Assembly (NCBI GenBank): GCA_964016885.1
Contig: OZ024743.1
Location: forward strand, 117,986,001-118,050,000
DNA from: Eledone cirrhosa
Taxonomy: Eukaryota
Length of the DNA: 64,000 bases
Direction of reading: 5' to 3'
Below are positions 24,342 to 37,860 of the stretch, piece after piece; positions within the stretch are counted from its first letter, which is position 1; every line of letters begins with the position of its first letter. The position numbers and the translations under genes are program-made. The notes under the pieces were generated by a model. That model saw only the letters and a program-made list of their open reading frames with translations, had not been told where the DNA came from and did not search any database.

Positions 24342-26600
24342 TCTACAGTAGTCCTCCTCCCACTACAGTAGTCCTCCTCCCTCTACAGTAGTCCTCCTCC
24401 TTCTACAGTAGTCCTCCTCCCTCCACAGTAGTCCTCCTCCCACTACAGTAGTCCTCCTCCCTCTACAGTAGTCCTCCTCCTTCTACAGTAGTCCTCCTCC
24501 CACTACAGTAGTCCTCCTCCCTCTACAGTAGTCCTCCTCCCACTACAGTAGTCCTCCTCCCACTACAGTAGTCCTCCTCCCTGTGTAGTAGTCCTTCTCC
24601 CTCTACAGTAGTCCTCCTCCCTCTACAGTAGTCCTCCTCCTTCTACATTAGTCCTCCTCCCACTACAGTAGTCCTCCTCCCACTGTAGTAGTCCTCCTCC
24701 CTCTACAGTAGTCCTCCTCCCTCTACAGTAGTCCTCCTCCCACTACAGTAGTCCTCCTCCCTCTGTAGTAGTCCTTCTCCCTCTACAGTAGTCCTCCTCC
24801 CTCAACAGTAGTTCTCCTCCCTCCACAGTAGTCCTCCTCCCTCTACAGTAGACCTCCTCCCACTACAGTAGTCCTCCTCCCACTACAGTAGACCTCCTCC
24901 CACTACAGTAGTCTTCCTCCCACTACAGTAGTCCTCCTCCCTCTACATTAGTCCTCCTCCCTCTACAGTAGTCCCCCTCCCTCTACAGTAGTCCTCCTCC
25001 CACTACAGTAGTCCACCTCCCTCAACAGTAGTCCTCCTCCCACTACAGTAGTCCTCCTCCTTCTACATTAGTCCTCCTCCCACAACAGTAGTCTTCCTCC
25101 CTCTACAGTAGTCCTCCTCCCTCTACAATAGTCCCCCCCTCAACAGTAGTCCCCCTCCCTCTACAGTAGTCCTCCTCCCTCTACAGTAGTCCTCCTCCCT
25201 CTACAGTAGTCCACCTCCCACTACAGTAGTCCTCATCCCTCTACAGTAGTCCTCCTCCCACAACAGTAGTCATACTCCCTCTGTAGTAGTCCTCCTCCCA
25301 CTACAGTAGTCCTCCTCCCTCTACAGTAGTCCTCCTCCCTCAACAGTAGTCCTCCTCCCTCTACAGTAGTCTTCCTCCCTCTACAGTAGTCCTCGTCCCT
25401 CTACAGTAGTCCTCCTCCCACAACAGTAGTCATACTCCCTCTGTAGTAGTCCTCCTCCCACTACAGTAGTCCTCCTCCCTCTACAGTAGTCCTCCTCCCA
25501 CTACAGTAGTCCTCCTCCCTCTACAGTAGTCCTCCTCCCACTACAATAGCCCCCCCCCCCCCCTACAGTAGTCCCCCTCCCTCTACAGTAGTGCTCCTCC
25601 CTCTACAGACCTCTTCCCTCTACAGTAGTCCTCTTCCCTCTACAGTAGTCCTCCTCCCACTACAATAGCCCCCCTCAACAGTAGTCCCCCTCCCTCTACA
25701 GTAGTCCTCCTCCCTCTACAGTCCTCTTCTCTCTACAGTAGTCCTCCTCCCACTACAGTAGTTCTTCTCCCTCTACAGTAGTCCTCCTCCCACTACAGTA
25801 GTTCTCCTCCCTCTACAATAGTCCTCCTCCCACTACAGTAGTCCTTCTCCCTCTGTAGTAGTCCTCCTCCTACAGTAGTCTTCCTCCCACTACAATAGTC
25901 CTCCTCCCTCTACAGTAGTCCTCCTCCCTCTGTAGTAGTCGCCCTCCCACTACAGTAGTCCTCCTCCCACTACAGTAGTCTTCCTCCCTCTACAGTAGTC
26001 CTCCTCCCTCTACAGTAGTCTTCCTCCCTCTACAGTAGTAGTCCTCCTTCTACAGTAGTCCTCCTCCCACTAGAGTAGTCCTCCTCCCTCTACAGTAGTC
26101 TTCCTCCCTCTTCAGTAGTCCTCCTCACTCTACAGTAGTCCTCCTCCCACTACAGTAGTCCTCCTCCCTCTGTAGTAGTCCTCCTCCCTCTACAGTAGTC
26201 CTCCTCCCATTAAAGTAGTCCTGCTCCCTCTGTAGTAGTCCTTCTCCCTCTACAGTAGTCTTCCTCCCACTACAGTAGTCCTCCTCCCTCTACAGTAGTC
26301 CTCCTCCCTCTACAGTAGTCCTCCTCCCTCTACAGTAGTCCTTCTCCTTCTACAGTAGTCCTCCTCCCACTACAGTAGTCCTCCTCCCTCTGTAGTAGTC
26401 CTTCTCCCTCTACAGTAGTCCTCCTCCCTCTACAGTAGTCTTCCTCCCTCTACAGTAGTCTTCCTCCCACTACATTAGTCCCCCTGCCTCTTCAGTTGTC
26501 CTCCTCCCTCTGCTGTTCTCCTCCTCCCTCTACAGTAATCCTTCTCCCACTACACTACTCCTCCTCCCTCTACAGTATTCTTCCTCCCTCTGTAGTAGTC
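24342..26600. repeat. 20-bp minisatellite (CTCTACAGTAGTCCTCCTCC)n, roughly 110 copies
   Basis: Direct inspection; degenerates at the right end. Confidence 0.98.
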
Positions 26601-26673
26601 TACGTGATGCAATTCACGCATGTATACATATACACATGCAGCCATGCAAAATATATACGTATACACATACATG

Positions 26674-26706
<33 letters not shown>

Positions 26707-26735
26707 ATATATATACATGTACTGTATATATGTAT

Positions 26736-26795
<60 letters not shown>

Positions 26796-26978
26796 TGCTC
26801 TGATTGTTGATTATTTAATTAATTAATTCGTCATTGAGCCACACCGTGAATGGTTGCCAAAAACATATATTTTGCCATAGATTTCTGACTTGAGCACTGG
26901 TCATGTGACAATTCTTAGCCATTTTGAATTCGTTTCTGGCGGGGATCATTTAAGAAAAATCTTTATCCAATTGAGTTT

Positions 26979-27055
26979 GTTTCCTGATGATTTCGAAATT
27001 CGTTGATTTATCCATGATTTATTCCAACAGCGAATGAAATCTCCGGGGTAGAAAC
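26979..27055 (+). ncRNA. Type I hammerhead ribozyme motif (family C, diverged copy)
   Basis: gtttc CTGATGA t ttcg..cgaa t GAAA tct ccg ggg TA gaaac; flanks 26960-27292 are homologous to the reverse complement of 16570-16900. Confidence 0.72.
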
Positions 27056-28139
27056 ATGATTTTGGTATGTTTATGTACATTTTTCTTCTAACTTTGATTT
27101 TGTACCTAATTGTGTATGGTTACCTATATGTCTAGTCAATTTCTGCGGGCTATTAGAAATACTAGGTAAATCTTCTGTTGCTGTGGATCGCGCATAAATA
27201 GTTATCATTTATTTACCTATTGTTTCTTCAGAGGTACATTTTAAACTTATAGCCTCGTTTATTTGATTTTTATGTGGTTGATTATGCTGATTTTATTAGC
27301 TGACAATTTTTCGATCCATACCAAGGGGCAGGAATCATCAGACTTTTATAAACAAAAATATAGTGCTGAGTTCTACCAAGCTTAGTCATACGAACATTTG
27401 ATATACAGTACAGGATAATAAGAGGGAGATTGGAAATGGAAAGCATACAAGCCAAACACAGACAAAGCGGGGTTGATGCATGATCAAGCTGAAGCAAATA
27501 ATACACAACAAATATGGTTTAGTCCATGTATAAGACACATCTGGCGAGGAGTCACAACATATGTATATCCACCGTAGAAGTTAATCCAATTGGTTTCATA
27601 TGCCCCGATTGGCGAGGAGTTATAATATAAGTAGATCGTCCGTAGATGGTAATCCAGTCTAGGATTCACAACATATGTAGATCGTCCGTAAAATGTAATC
27701 CAGTCGCATTAATATGCTCACCAAAACATATCAGCACATATCGTAACATGTGTTACAGGCTGATGTTACGCATCAAAAATCCTCACATGCTTAAAATTCT
27801 AGACCGTGATGTGCTATATGCCCAAGTTGCAGCTCCAAATTCATTATAACCATATTCGTCACACATAATCCAGCCGTGACCGCGTCCAAATAATGCCAGG
27901 TTAAATGCAGCAGTAATTCACCGTTTTCCAATCGCGCACACGTGGATGAACAATCAATGCAAAATAGAAAATAACACAAAGTGCTCAAACAGTATATCCG
28001 CCAGGAACGACGCGGTCGCGGCTGGATTTTCCATATTACGGCTCTGTTCTTGTACATTGAGCTAATACAATACTGTCACAAATAAGACACGGAGCAGGTG
28101 CGTTTATGCACATAATATATATATATATATATATAAATA

Positions 28140-28181
<42 letters not shown>

Positions 28182-28182
28182 T

Positions 28183-28235
<53 letters not shown>

Positions 28236-28589
28236 AAAGAATAGAGGTGTAACACACAAGTTATTACATATTGGTAAACGGAATAGAAAATGCTGACAAA
28301 TTGTTCACAGTTGAAAAATGGTTTAATTAGGAATAAAAGAGTATTAGTGATTGTATGGGTTAGTATTCAGTTGTGGTTTTAAGTTTTTAAGTGTTTACCG
28401 GTTGCGCATTTCTAAATGCTTTTCAAAAATAATTTTGAGATAGAGTGTCCGTGCTGTTTGCTCTGATCTGATTAGTTTTGGGAATTCTACCTGTTTTTAT
28501 GTTAAAAAAATGGCTCCAGCGTTATTTTTGTGTTGCAAAAATGCTTGTGGTCAAAACAATTTTGATTGGTCGGTAGAGGTGATGTGAAT

Positions 28590-28724
28590 GTAAAAAGTTG
28601 ATTTTGCGCCAAGACTGTTTTTATGTTAAAATGTTAGAAAAGCGGCTCCACCAATAATTTTTGCTGGAGCCACTTTTCTAACATTTTAACATAAAAACAG
28701 TCTTGGCGCAAAATCAACTTTTTA
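28590..28724. repeat. Near-perfect palindrome, about 60-bp arms
   Basis: taaaaagttgattttgcgccaagactg..ggctcca / tggagcc..cagtcttggcgcaaaatcaacttttta. Confidence 0.92.
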
Positions 28725-28979
28725 GTCCAGCCAGCGACTTGAAAACTCTGGTACAAACACTACACTTGTGACAATTATTGACACATAGTGCTGGGCCCAT
28801 GGTACCATGTAACGACAAGTGCAGAGAGATCTCCAGACATAAAGCAATGCCTGTGCCGTGAAGCTTTTATAGTGAGCAAAGGCACTGCACAAAGCCAGTC
28901 CCACTCTCTTAACCAAGATGATATTTACCAAAAAGAAGAACAAGTCAACATCATTGGATACCATCAGGGTTGCAGGTGT

Positions 28980-29240
28980 TATATCAGAGTTTTCCTTCTC
29001 CTAGAATTCTGCCTTGACAAAGGCTAAGGGGTCATCTCTCCCGGGGATTTTGGATGGCCATTGACTCTTAAGAGCTCCTTTGCCCTTTGACAGGTTTTGT
29101 TTTTAGTCCTGCAGGATGTCCAAAGTCACCCTCCTCACCAAGAAACCTTGGTGGGGTTGCCAGTTTAGTCGCCAACGACCCGACCACGAGACAGGTTGTA
29201 CTTGGATACATGTTACCAGTAGCACCAACTGGTGACCTGA
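28980..29240 (-). mobile_element. Probable LINE (RTE-like) 5' UTR fragment; second copy at 34565-34730 (+)
   Basis: Two homologous copies (actggtaacatgta..agtacaacctg..gactaa..ttggaca..ctgca); ggagaaggaaaactctg motif. Clade assignment is inferred. Confidence 0.45.
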
Positions 29241-30133
29241 CATATATGCACATACATACATACAAACAGACAATATACGTACATACATGATGGCTGACCC
29301 CTCATTTTCGAGTATGACCATTGCACAATATACGATTATCAGTAATTATTAATAAATTCTATCGTGCAATGTCTGCGCGTGAAGATATTTTTTAAAGTGA
29401 GGAAAGACTGATTACGCCAGATTATGTAGTCCGAGATAAACAATGCCCGAGAGAAGAATAATCATAGTTGCAAATATTTGGGGACTGTAGTTCTGCTAGC
29501 CTGATCTGCCTTGGAACAGATTAGCATCAGCTGCGAAGACCCAATAGCAAAAACGTTTCTTGTTGCAGAGGGGACGTTGTATTTATATGAACTATTTTAC
29601 CTGGCATTAAAGAAAATATATAAATGATTTGCAAATGCGAAAATTGATTCTCTAATTCGAGTTAGAGAGGATATTGAAATGTTATTAAATTATAAACATT
29701 GGTAGAGAAGGAATGCTGAAAATATAATAGACTAAAGAAAATAGCAGATTAGACCCTGGTGAATGGGTTAACATAGGCAATCGTATGAGGGAATAATTGA
29801 AAATGTAAGTTAACGGAGTAAATTACAACTCATCTGTACTGTAATGTCAGTGGTAAAGCAGCTACAAAAGAACGTATAGGAAGAACACTCACACAAAACT
29901 TTCTCAAATATATACACCCACATTTATATATATATATATATAAAGAAAAAAAGATGAAATCGAAAATGCAACTGGAGTCTTATTTTTTATAAAAATATAT
30001 TTATTTATTTGGTTCCTTTACCTGTTTCGCAGTTCTTCTACTTTTCAAAAGTAGAGTTGAGATGGAGGGTTTGTGGTTTTTATCACATCTGTAAAACACC
30101 TCGGTTATTTTTCATTTTCTAAAAAAAACTAAC

Positions 30134-30241
<108 letters not shown>

Positions 30242-30364
30242 TGTTCATTTTGTCTAACGAGACATGTTTTCGATTATATTATTCATAAGCCTTGCATCTT
30301 CGAAATATGTATAATAAAAAAGAGATGTTCTAAAGTAACTATCTTCTGTTTATTTTATATATAT

Positions 30365-30663
<299 letters not shown>

Positions 30664-30961
30664 TGTGTGTGGTGGGGGTGTATGTATATATCCATATATA
30701 TATATGTATATATAAGTGCGGGTGAATGGGTGTGCGTGTGAGTAGTGGCATAGTGTGAGTAGAGGCATAGTGATTGATGTACCACGAGGATGTTTCAACG
30801 TGGTCACTCAAGATGCTAAGAATAGGTGTTATATCTTCTTTAAATAGCACCCTTCAATTTAAACAAAGTGCATGTTCAGTAAGCTGGTCTTCAGTGCCGT
30901 GTGCATAGAAATGAGTCTAACATATATATATATATATACACATATATATATATATATATAT

Positions 30962-30998
<37 letters not shown>

Positions 30999-31166
30999 CA
31001 ACTTTCTTGGCACTACCATAAACAGGTAGATACCATATATATATATATTTATACCAGACCCTCTTCCTGCTATTTCAAGGATTAACCTAATAAAATTCCT
31101 TCCATACACTGTACCGATTGTGTTGTTATTTCTGTTTACGTTTTACACGCAGGGCATTTGTCAAAT

Positions 31167-31272
<106 letters not shown>

Positions 31273-31770
31273 CAACAACCACACATCTCTGCTAAACACA
31301 CATACTAGCTTACACGCGTTCACAAATACGTACAAACAAAACACCTTCATCACCATTACACTCAACACCCACGCACGCGCAAACGCATCATAATGGGCAC
31401 CCCATCTATACACACCCACCCAGTGTGTGTCTACTACTCTCATCCGAACCCCACATCAGCACGCCGGACCCCGTCCCCATGCATGACTGTTGCCCTCTTC
31501 CCCCTCTCTTTTATATATATTTTTTTTTATTTCAAAAAACCTTTTTTTATTTTTTTTATTTCTTAACTGTATTTTTTTTTTTTTTGCAATTCACCTTCTC
31601 TGATTTTCCGAAGGGTAAAGGCCCGATACATTGACTATGTAATTCATTCTTCTTCCACCAAGCGTGAAACTAATACACTTCAAGTTATTGCATCCTCTTT
31701 TTGTCGTCGCCTTTTCCCTTTATATATATATATATATATATAAATATATATATATAATATATATATATAT

Positions 31771-31836
<66 letters not shown>

Positions 31837-31923
31837 ATATTTTATATAGAAATGGCTTCAACAGGATTAGAAATGTTTCATTCGAAAGAAATCATATACA
31901 TATATCATATATATATATATATA

Positions 31924-32002
<79 letters not shown>

Positions 32003-32512
32003 ATTTGACAAATGCCCTGCCTGGTTAAAATCATATAAAATTAATAAAATCTGTGGTGGAAGATAACGAAAGGACGGACGAAATACCAAAGAGTCCCTTC
32101 TCATCAGTAGGACTCTGGAGTTCCTCGTCGTTTCAGTGCTTTAAGTTCGTTACCACTAGCTCTCGTATACATAGGACAGTTAGAAATGGACATAACGCAG
32201 GACGATTGGTCTTCCAGCTATTTACAAGTTGAAAAAGAATTGGCCAAAGCACTCTCAACTCGAAAGAAGAGATAGAAACAACTCCCAGCTTACTCGATAG
32301 TTAGTACTAATCTGAATTATCGACGTGAAAACAAAACGAAAGTGGCATGATCGTAGATAATTATAAATATTACTGTAGCTGTGAATGAAGAAAAACACAG
32401 ACATGACTTATTTGAAACATTCTCGACCCAAGCATTGGTGTCCACTTTACTTACGTATATAAATAAATATTGAACAGTTTACGTACGAAAGAAAGTGAAC
32501 CTTTATATACAT

Positions 32513-32554
<42 letters not shown>

Positions 32555-33042
32555 CCGAATGAGATGAAATGCGCTCTTAATATCATGTTGATATTATACA
32601 AATCTTAAATCTTTCGACAATTAAGTATAGAAGGCCTATTGGAATGTAACTAACGGTATAATACACTCTGCATAACAGTACATGTGTGTGTATGATATAT
32701 ATATATATAGACACAGAGATATGTATCCATAAACATACATATGTAGGTATGTACGCAGGTATGTATGTATGGATGAAAGTATGTATATATATATATATAC
32801 ATACATACTTGCATATATACATACAACATACATACTTACATATATACATATCTGCGTGTCCACACGTATAAATGACAGAATTAATAAATATTAGCTTACG
32901 TGCATACACACACATATAGCTTCATGCTCGCATATATATCTACAAACATTGACACATACACAAACACATACATATACATATTTATACACGCAGATATATG
33001 TAGCCTATTACACACATACACGCTCTCATATTCACACCCACA

Positions 33043-33095
<53 letters not shown>

Positions 33096-33372
33096 ATTTC
33101 GGTGTTCTCCTATATCAGCTGAATAAATGAAGCTCTTATTTAAATCGTAGATAATTGCGCAAGGAAATATTTTAAGTGATTAAGAATTGTCGTCAGTCTT
33201 TCGCTTTCCACTTCTCATATATCTTCTACAGAACTATCTGTTGAAAAATCAGGAAAAGCTTAGCCATTAATTTCTCTAAATTTTCTGTGCATTCTTTATT
33301 GTCTAACTTCAACACGCGATCCCTCACGCTGCCAAACATATACACACACACACATACATAGGTATCTATATA

Positions 33373-33446
<74 letters not shown>

Positions 33447-33849
33447 CATACATACACACACACAGACACACACACAGAGAGACACACACACAGAGACACA
33501 CACACAGAGACACACACAAATACATACATACATATATATATATATACACGTGTATATTTACATATTCATACATATATGTTCACACATGTAAGCAAACAGA
33601 CACATAATCACACACATGTGCCTACAGATTTGGGTTGTAAATCTATGGATATATAAAGAACAAAACAAGTTTACTGATTGGGTGATTCCATTTATACATA
33701 TATGTATGTGTGTGTGTGTGTGTATGTCTGTATCTGTGTTTGTGTATATGTTTTTGTGTTTGAGTTTGTGAGCGTGTGTGTACGTGTGCAGAGCGTAAGT
33801 TGCTTCTTAATTCAACAAATATTATTGCTATGATGATTATGACGAACAT

Positions 33850-34480
33850 GGCTATACAGTCCTTGTCTGTTATGGAATAGCTTTTAGTATATGTTGTTCC
33901 AGAGTCTAAGAAATGAGCGTGGTTCCTTCGTCTTCAGTTTCATTTCAATGCCTCATTAATCATCATGAATCTTTTGTGGGTTTTTAAAAGCGTTTGAATG
34001 TTTTTACGTTGAGGTCTCTCAAATATCCCGTCTGGTTTTTACATAGATGAGAGATAAATAGAGTTGATTCTTTAAGCTTCGATTGTATGTAGCACAAGTT
34101 ATTTTGTAATTAGTAGGTTCTCTGTGGCAATCTAGTACGGTCTATTCGAGCAGTTCGTCCTCTTCAGCGTCAATTTTCGCGGAAAATTGGCCAAAACTTC
34201 CTACAGAGTGGACGTCTTTCGTCTGATACGGTATATGCTGGATTGAAAACCTTGACTTTTTAAATTTGATCTGCATTCCAAATCGTTTATATGCTTTTAT
34301 GTATAGGTTTCTACTTTTTTGAAGATCAGCTTCATTGTTTGTCGATGCTGCGTCATCGTTTGTATATTGTAGCTCTCACACCTTGTTGACTGCAGATTTT
34401 TTTTCTTCGAGTGGAAACAGGAGATACTGAGAAACCAACGTGATTTATAAAGAACTTCCACACCAGGAGTATCAAGTGGT
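33850..34480 (-). pseudogene. Degenerate RTE-like RT fragment
   Basis: LQYTNDD (YADD-like), then NEADLQK..AYKRFGMQIKFKKS. Confidence 0.55.
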
Positions 34481-34522
34481 ATCGCTATGACTGTAGCAGC
34501 TAAAGTAAAACATGTAAATAGT

Positions 34523-34560
<38 letters not shown>

Positions 34561-34792
34561 TCAGCGCGACTGGTAACATGTAACCCAGTACAACCTGCGC
34601 ATGGTCAGATCGTCGGTGACTAATCCGGCAGCCAAATTAGCTTGGTGAAGAGAATAATTTTGGACACCCTGCAAGATGAAAAACCAAGCCCCTCAAAGGG
34701 CGGAGGAACTCAGGAAAGTCAAAGGCCTTCCAATAAAGTATTGTTTGTGGAGTGATAGTTTTCTAGTCTTCATTAAGACACCTCTCTAAGGC

Positions 34793-35475
34793 CAAGGGTC
34801 GGCAACACCCGGCCCGCCAACAGGTTTCAATGTTAGGTTAAGCGGTCCCTAAAAAAATGCTCTGAATTGATTTGGATTAGAATACTGACTGGAGAACACG
34901 TCTAGTCACAATACTCACTTAGCTGAATGTAATTTTTTGCGTGACAGTAACAAACAAACTCAGACATATAGAATAGTCTGACATCGAGGTTGAGGGGATT
35001 CTGTGTGCATGCATTCCTGTATATACGTACATACATAGTATGTGTATGGAAGGGATGTGGAATCACTTACCTCCAACATGTCAGCGTGTCTGGCATACAG
35101 TTATTTCATCCTCAACATTTTTCATTTGAGTTTCCTGTCTGGTAGTAAAACATATATAAGTGACTGTATTTGATAATAAACAATGTTTATTTATTTTTCT
35201 ATGTAAAATGTGCTCAGTATCATTAGAACATTTTGTCGACGAAAAAATGGCAATCCTGATCTAAATACACCAACATGTATTGTGGTTTTTTCACAGTTTA
35301 ATAAAATTGTAATAGCATTTTATCATATTACTATATTCTTTTTTACATATGTTCTCAGTACTTATTTGACATCATGGTCCGCCGACCCGACGAGACACTG
35401 CATAGCTATGTGGCCCGTCGACAAGACACTGCATAGCAATGTGACCCGCACACTCCAAAATGTTACCGAACTTTG
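34793..35475. mobile_element. Non-autonomous hAT (Charlie-like) DNA transposon/MITE
   Basis: Imperfect TIRs caagggtcggcaac / gttaccgaactttg, subterminal ggcccg repeats, 8-bp-like flanks tctaaggc / ctctaggc. Confidence 0.6.
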
Positions 35476-35785
35476 CTCTAGGCGAAGGTCATTCTGATAT
35501 AAAACCTGCGTTTTCGTTTCCATCCAATGATGTAAACCAGTTCTACGTTTGGCGTGAATGCATCGATGCTCAGAGATTGGGATTGGCCCCGTGCAAAGTC
35601 ATTCCTCACTTTATAAAAGCTTCAATTACAGGCATCGCTTGATGTAAAATGTTTGCGATGCATGGCATTGGCAGCCATAGGCAAGTCCCTAGCAGGACTA
35701 AAAAGCCACGCCCGTGATGCTCATGCTTAATTGTCAAATGGTGGCATTACTCGAAATCGAGTTACAGCCATCACACACACACGTT

Positions 35786-35839
<54 letters not shown>

Positions 35840-36689
35840 TTTCTGTGTGTGGAAATCAAATCAATGGGACAAACTATACGCAGATACGGTATGTTCTAGA
35901 TATAGCGGATCTAGGCCTCAAATTAAAAACCTTTTTATTTCGTCTATCTATCTACTTTCTACATCGTTCTTTTTTCTATTAACATTTCATTTCTTTCATC
36001 CACTTATCTGCTTCTACTCACTCTTTTATTATTTGTTTTTCCTCTTTCATTTCGCATAAAATTGCCTTTTTACTGAAGAATGTAGGCTCTTTACTTTCTG
36101 AGTTCAAATCACGCTACAACCTATTTTACTGATAGACTTAATAAATCGCCTGGTATAATTCTATCACTCGCTACTTTGGTAAGTTAAATGCAACGATTAA
36201 GGTATTAATAAGAGGAAGGTCATTATTTACTCAGTACTCTTCCTTTAAAATTGTTTCAGATTTAACTATTTTGCAAAGACTATTTCTGCCACAATGTATT
36301 TTTTACTGGGAGAGCTGTAATTTAAATAGGCCTTAAGAATATTAAAACCTCTAAAGTTTTGAGTCTAAACATTGATCAGTCCAACGGGATCGAATGCTTA
36401 CATGCTAAATTTCTGATGTTACTCTACTTCTATCTGCTTCAGTGACTTACGTACGACATTTTACTGTACAGTGCAGAACCTTTATAATATATTGTCTTTT
36501 TTTTACTTATTCATTTATTCATATATTGATTTATTCTTATTTGGTTAAATAGACAAAAAAAGGAAGCAGAGTTGGAAAGGATAATAAATGCCATGAATGA
36601 GAGGAAAAGGAGAGGGAGAGCAAGGCTTACTACACAAAGGAAGAAATAAAGGGGGAAGGGGAGAAGTTGATGATTCGACTGCGCTCCGC

Positions 36690-37680
36690 GGACGAAATGA
36701 CAGAGTTATTTCAGAGGACAATGGTCAGCGACACACGCTGTAACAGCCACGCCACATCGCAGAGCTTCTTCATCAGACAGTATGCTATCGGTCCGATTTT
36801 ACGGAGTACGTCAAATATCCAGTGTCCGAGAAGGCCTCAGGTCTAAGCGGTAATCAGTAGAAAGAGGAAGAGTCTGGACACACACCGGTATTTATTATAT
36901 TGCTGCCCTCTGCATTGTGAGCTGCGGTACCGTGGTTTGTGGCTGAGGCGACTAAGTTGGAGGTGAAGAACGTGACACAGCATGTCACATCCCAGATGAG
37001 GTATTTACCTCCTTTGAAAGGAAAGTGGATAATTCCATCGGGTCGCTTGCGTCACCACGGTCGAGGCCTACTGGCTCCAGATGTGATGGGAAGGCAGCTG
37101 CGTCGAGGCTCCTTATCTCATTGAGAGTGGCATGTCGGAGGAAACGGCATGCTCTTTTGTGGCATGATAATGGGTGCAGGTGGAACTCATCAACGACAAC
37201 TCCACACCGGCATTATTTGGCTCACACACGTGAAGGCCAAGGCGATGGACTACATGGATGCGAGTGAATTTGTCATCAAGAAGGGAACCAGTTGATGCGG
37301 AGGGCACGAAAGAGAGCCGCGCGCCGCTGTTTGGCTGTGAGGCGGATTAGGGGATGATGAGGTGATGTTGGTTCAAGCCAGATATGATCCGCCCGAAGGT
37401 AGATATGCACTTTATTTCATACCGTTGGAAATTTGTATAATGTGGGATGGTGTGGCTTTCGCTGGTCCAGTCGGCCTGAGCCTACACCAGTTATTAGTTC
37501 ACGTCAGGTACTACCGTCTGGCTGAAGACCTCGTAGGAGATTGAGGAGAGGTTAGTCGGCAGAGCTAGATCTAATGCGGATCTGAGGCCGAGGCCACCGA
37601 AACTCACAGGAGGTTTCCCCTATTCCCAGCTGGTGCAGTCGAAACTGATTTATTTTACAGCTGCTATAATGAGATACTTT
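36690..37680 (-). pseudogene. CRE-clade non-LTR retrotransposon 3' fragment (zinc knuckle + restriction-like endonuclease)
   Basis: RIHVVHRLGLHVCEP, CRCGVVVD..HPLSC..RHATLNEI, HLEPVGLDRGD, PDG..FPFKGGKYLIWDVTC, LLQRV across frameshifts. Confidence 0.75.
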
Positions 37681-37699
37681 CCAATCGTTTGTGTTATTT

Positions 37700-37860
37700 T
37701 GGCCGTAACGGTAGAGGGTCGGACGCCATGCTTTGACGCATAGAGTTACGGCCCTTGCCATTCTGAGTTCAAATCCCGCCGAGGTTAACTTTGCCTTTCA
37801 TCCTTAAAGTAAAGTATCAGTAATGCACTGGCCTTGTGCCAAAAAGTAGAAACAATTATT
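37700..37860 (+). mobile_element. tRNA-derived SINE, internally deleted
   Basis: B box and 3' end agtagaaacaattatt present. Confidence 0.88.

Noticed and set aside
24342-26600. CRISPR-like array
   Set aside because: Contiguous 20-bp tandem units without unique spacers, no cas genes, eukaryotic context.
29155-29240. HDV-like ribozyme in the putative RTE 5' UTR (acc-tgtctcgt-ggt..cgactaa)
   Set aside because: P3/L3- and J4/2-like words are present, but no consistent P1 and P2 could be built in either copy.
32066-32140. CTGATGA followed by a good hairpin (minus strand)
   Set aside because: GTTA stands where GAAA is required, and there is no stem I/III.
36760-36780. CTGATGAAGAAA on the minus strand
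   Set aside because: It lies within CRE coding relic sequence with no flanking stems; chance match.
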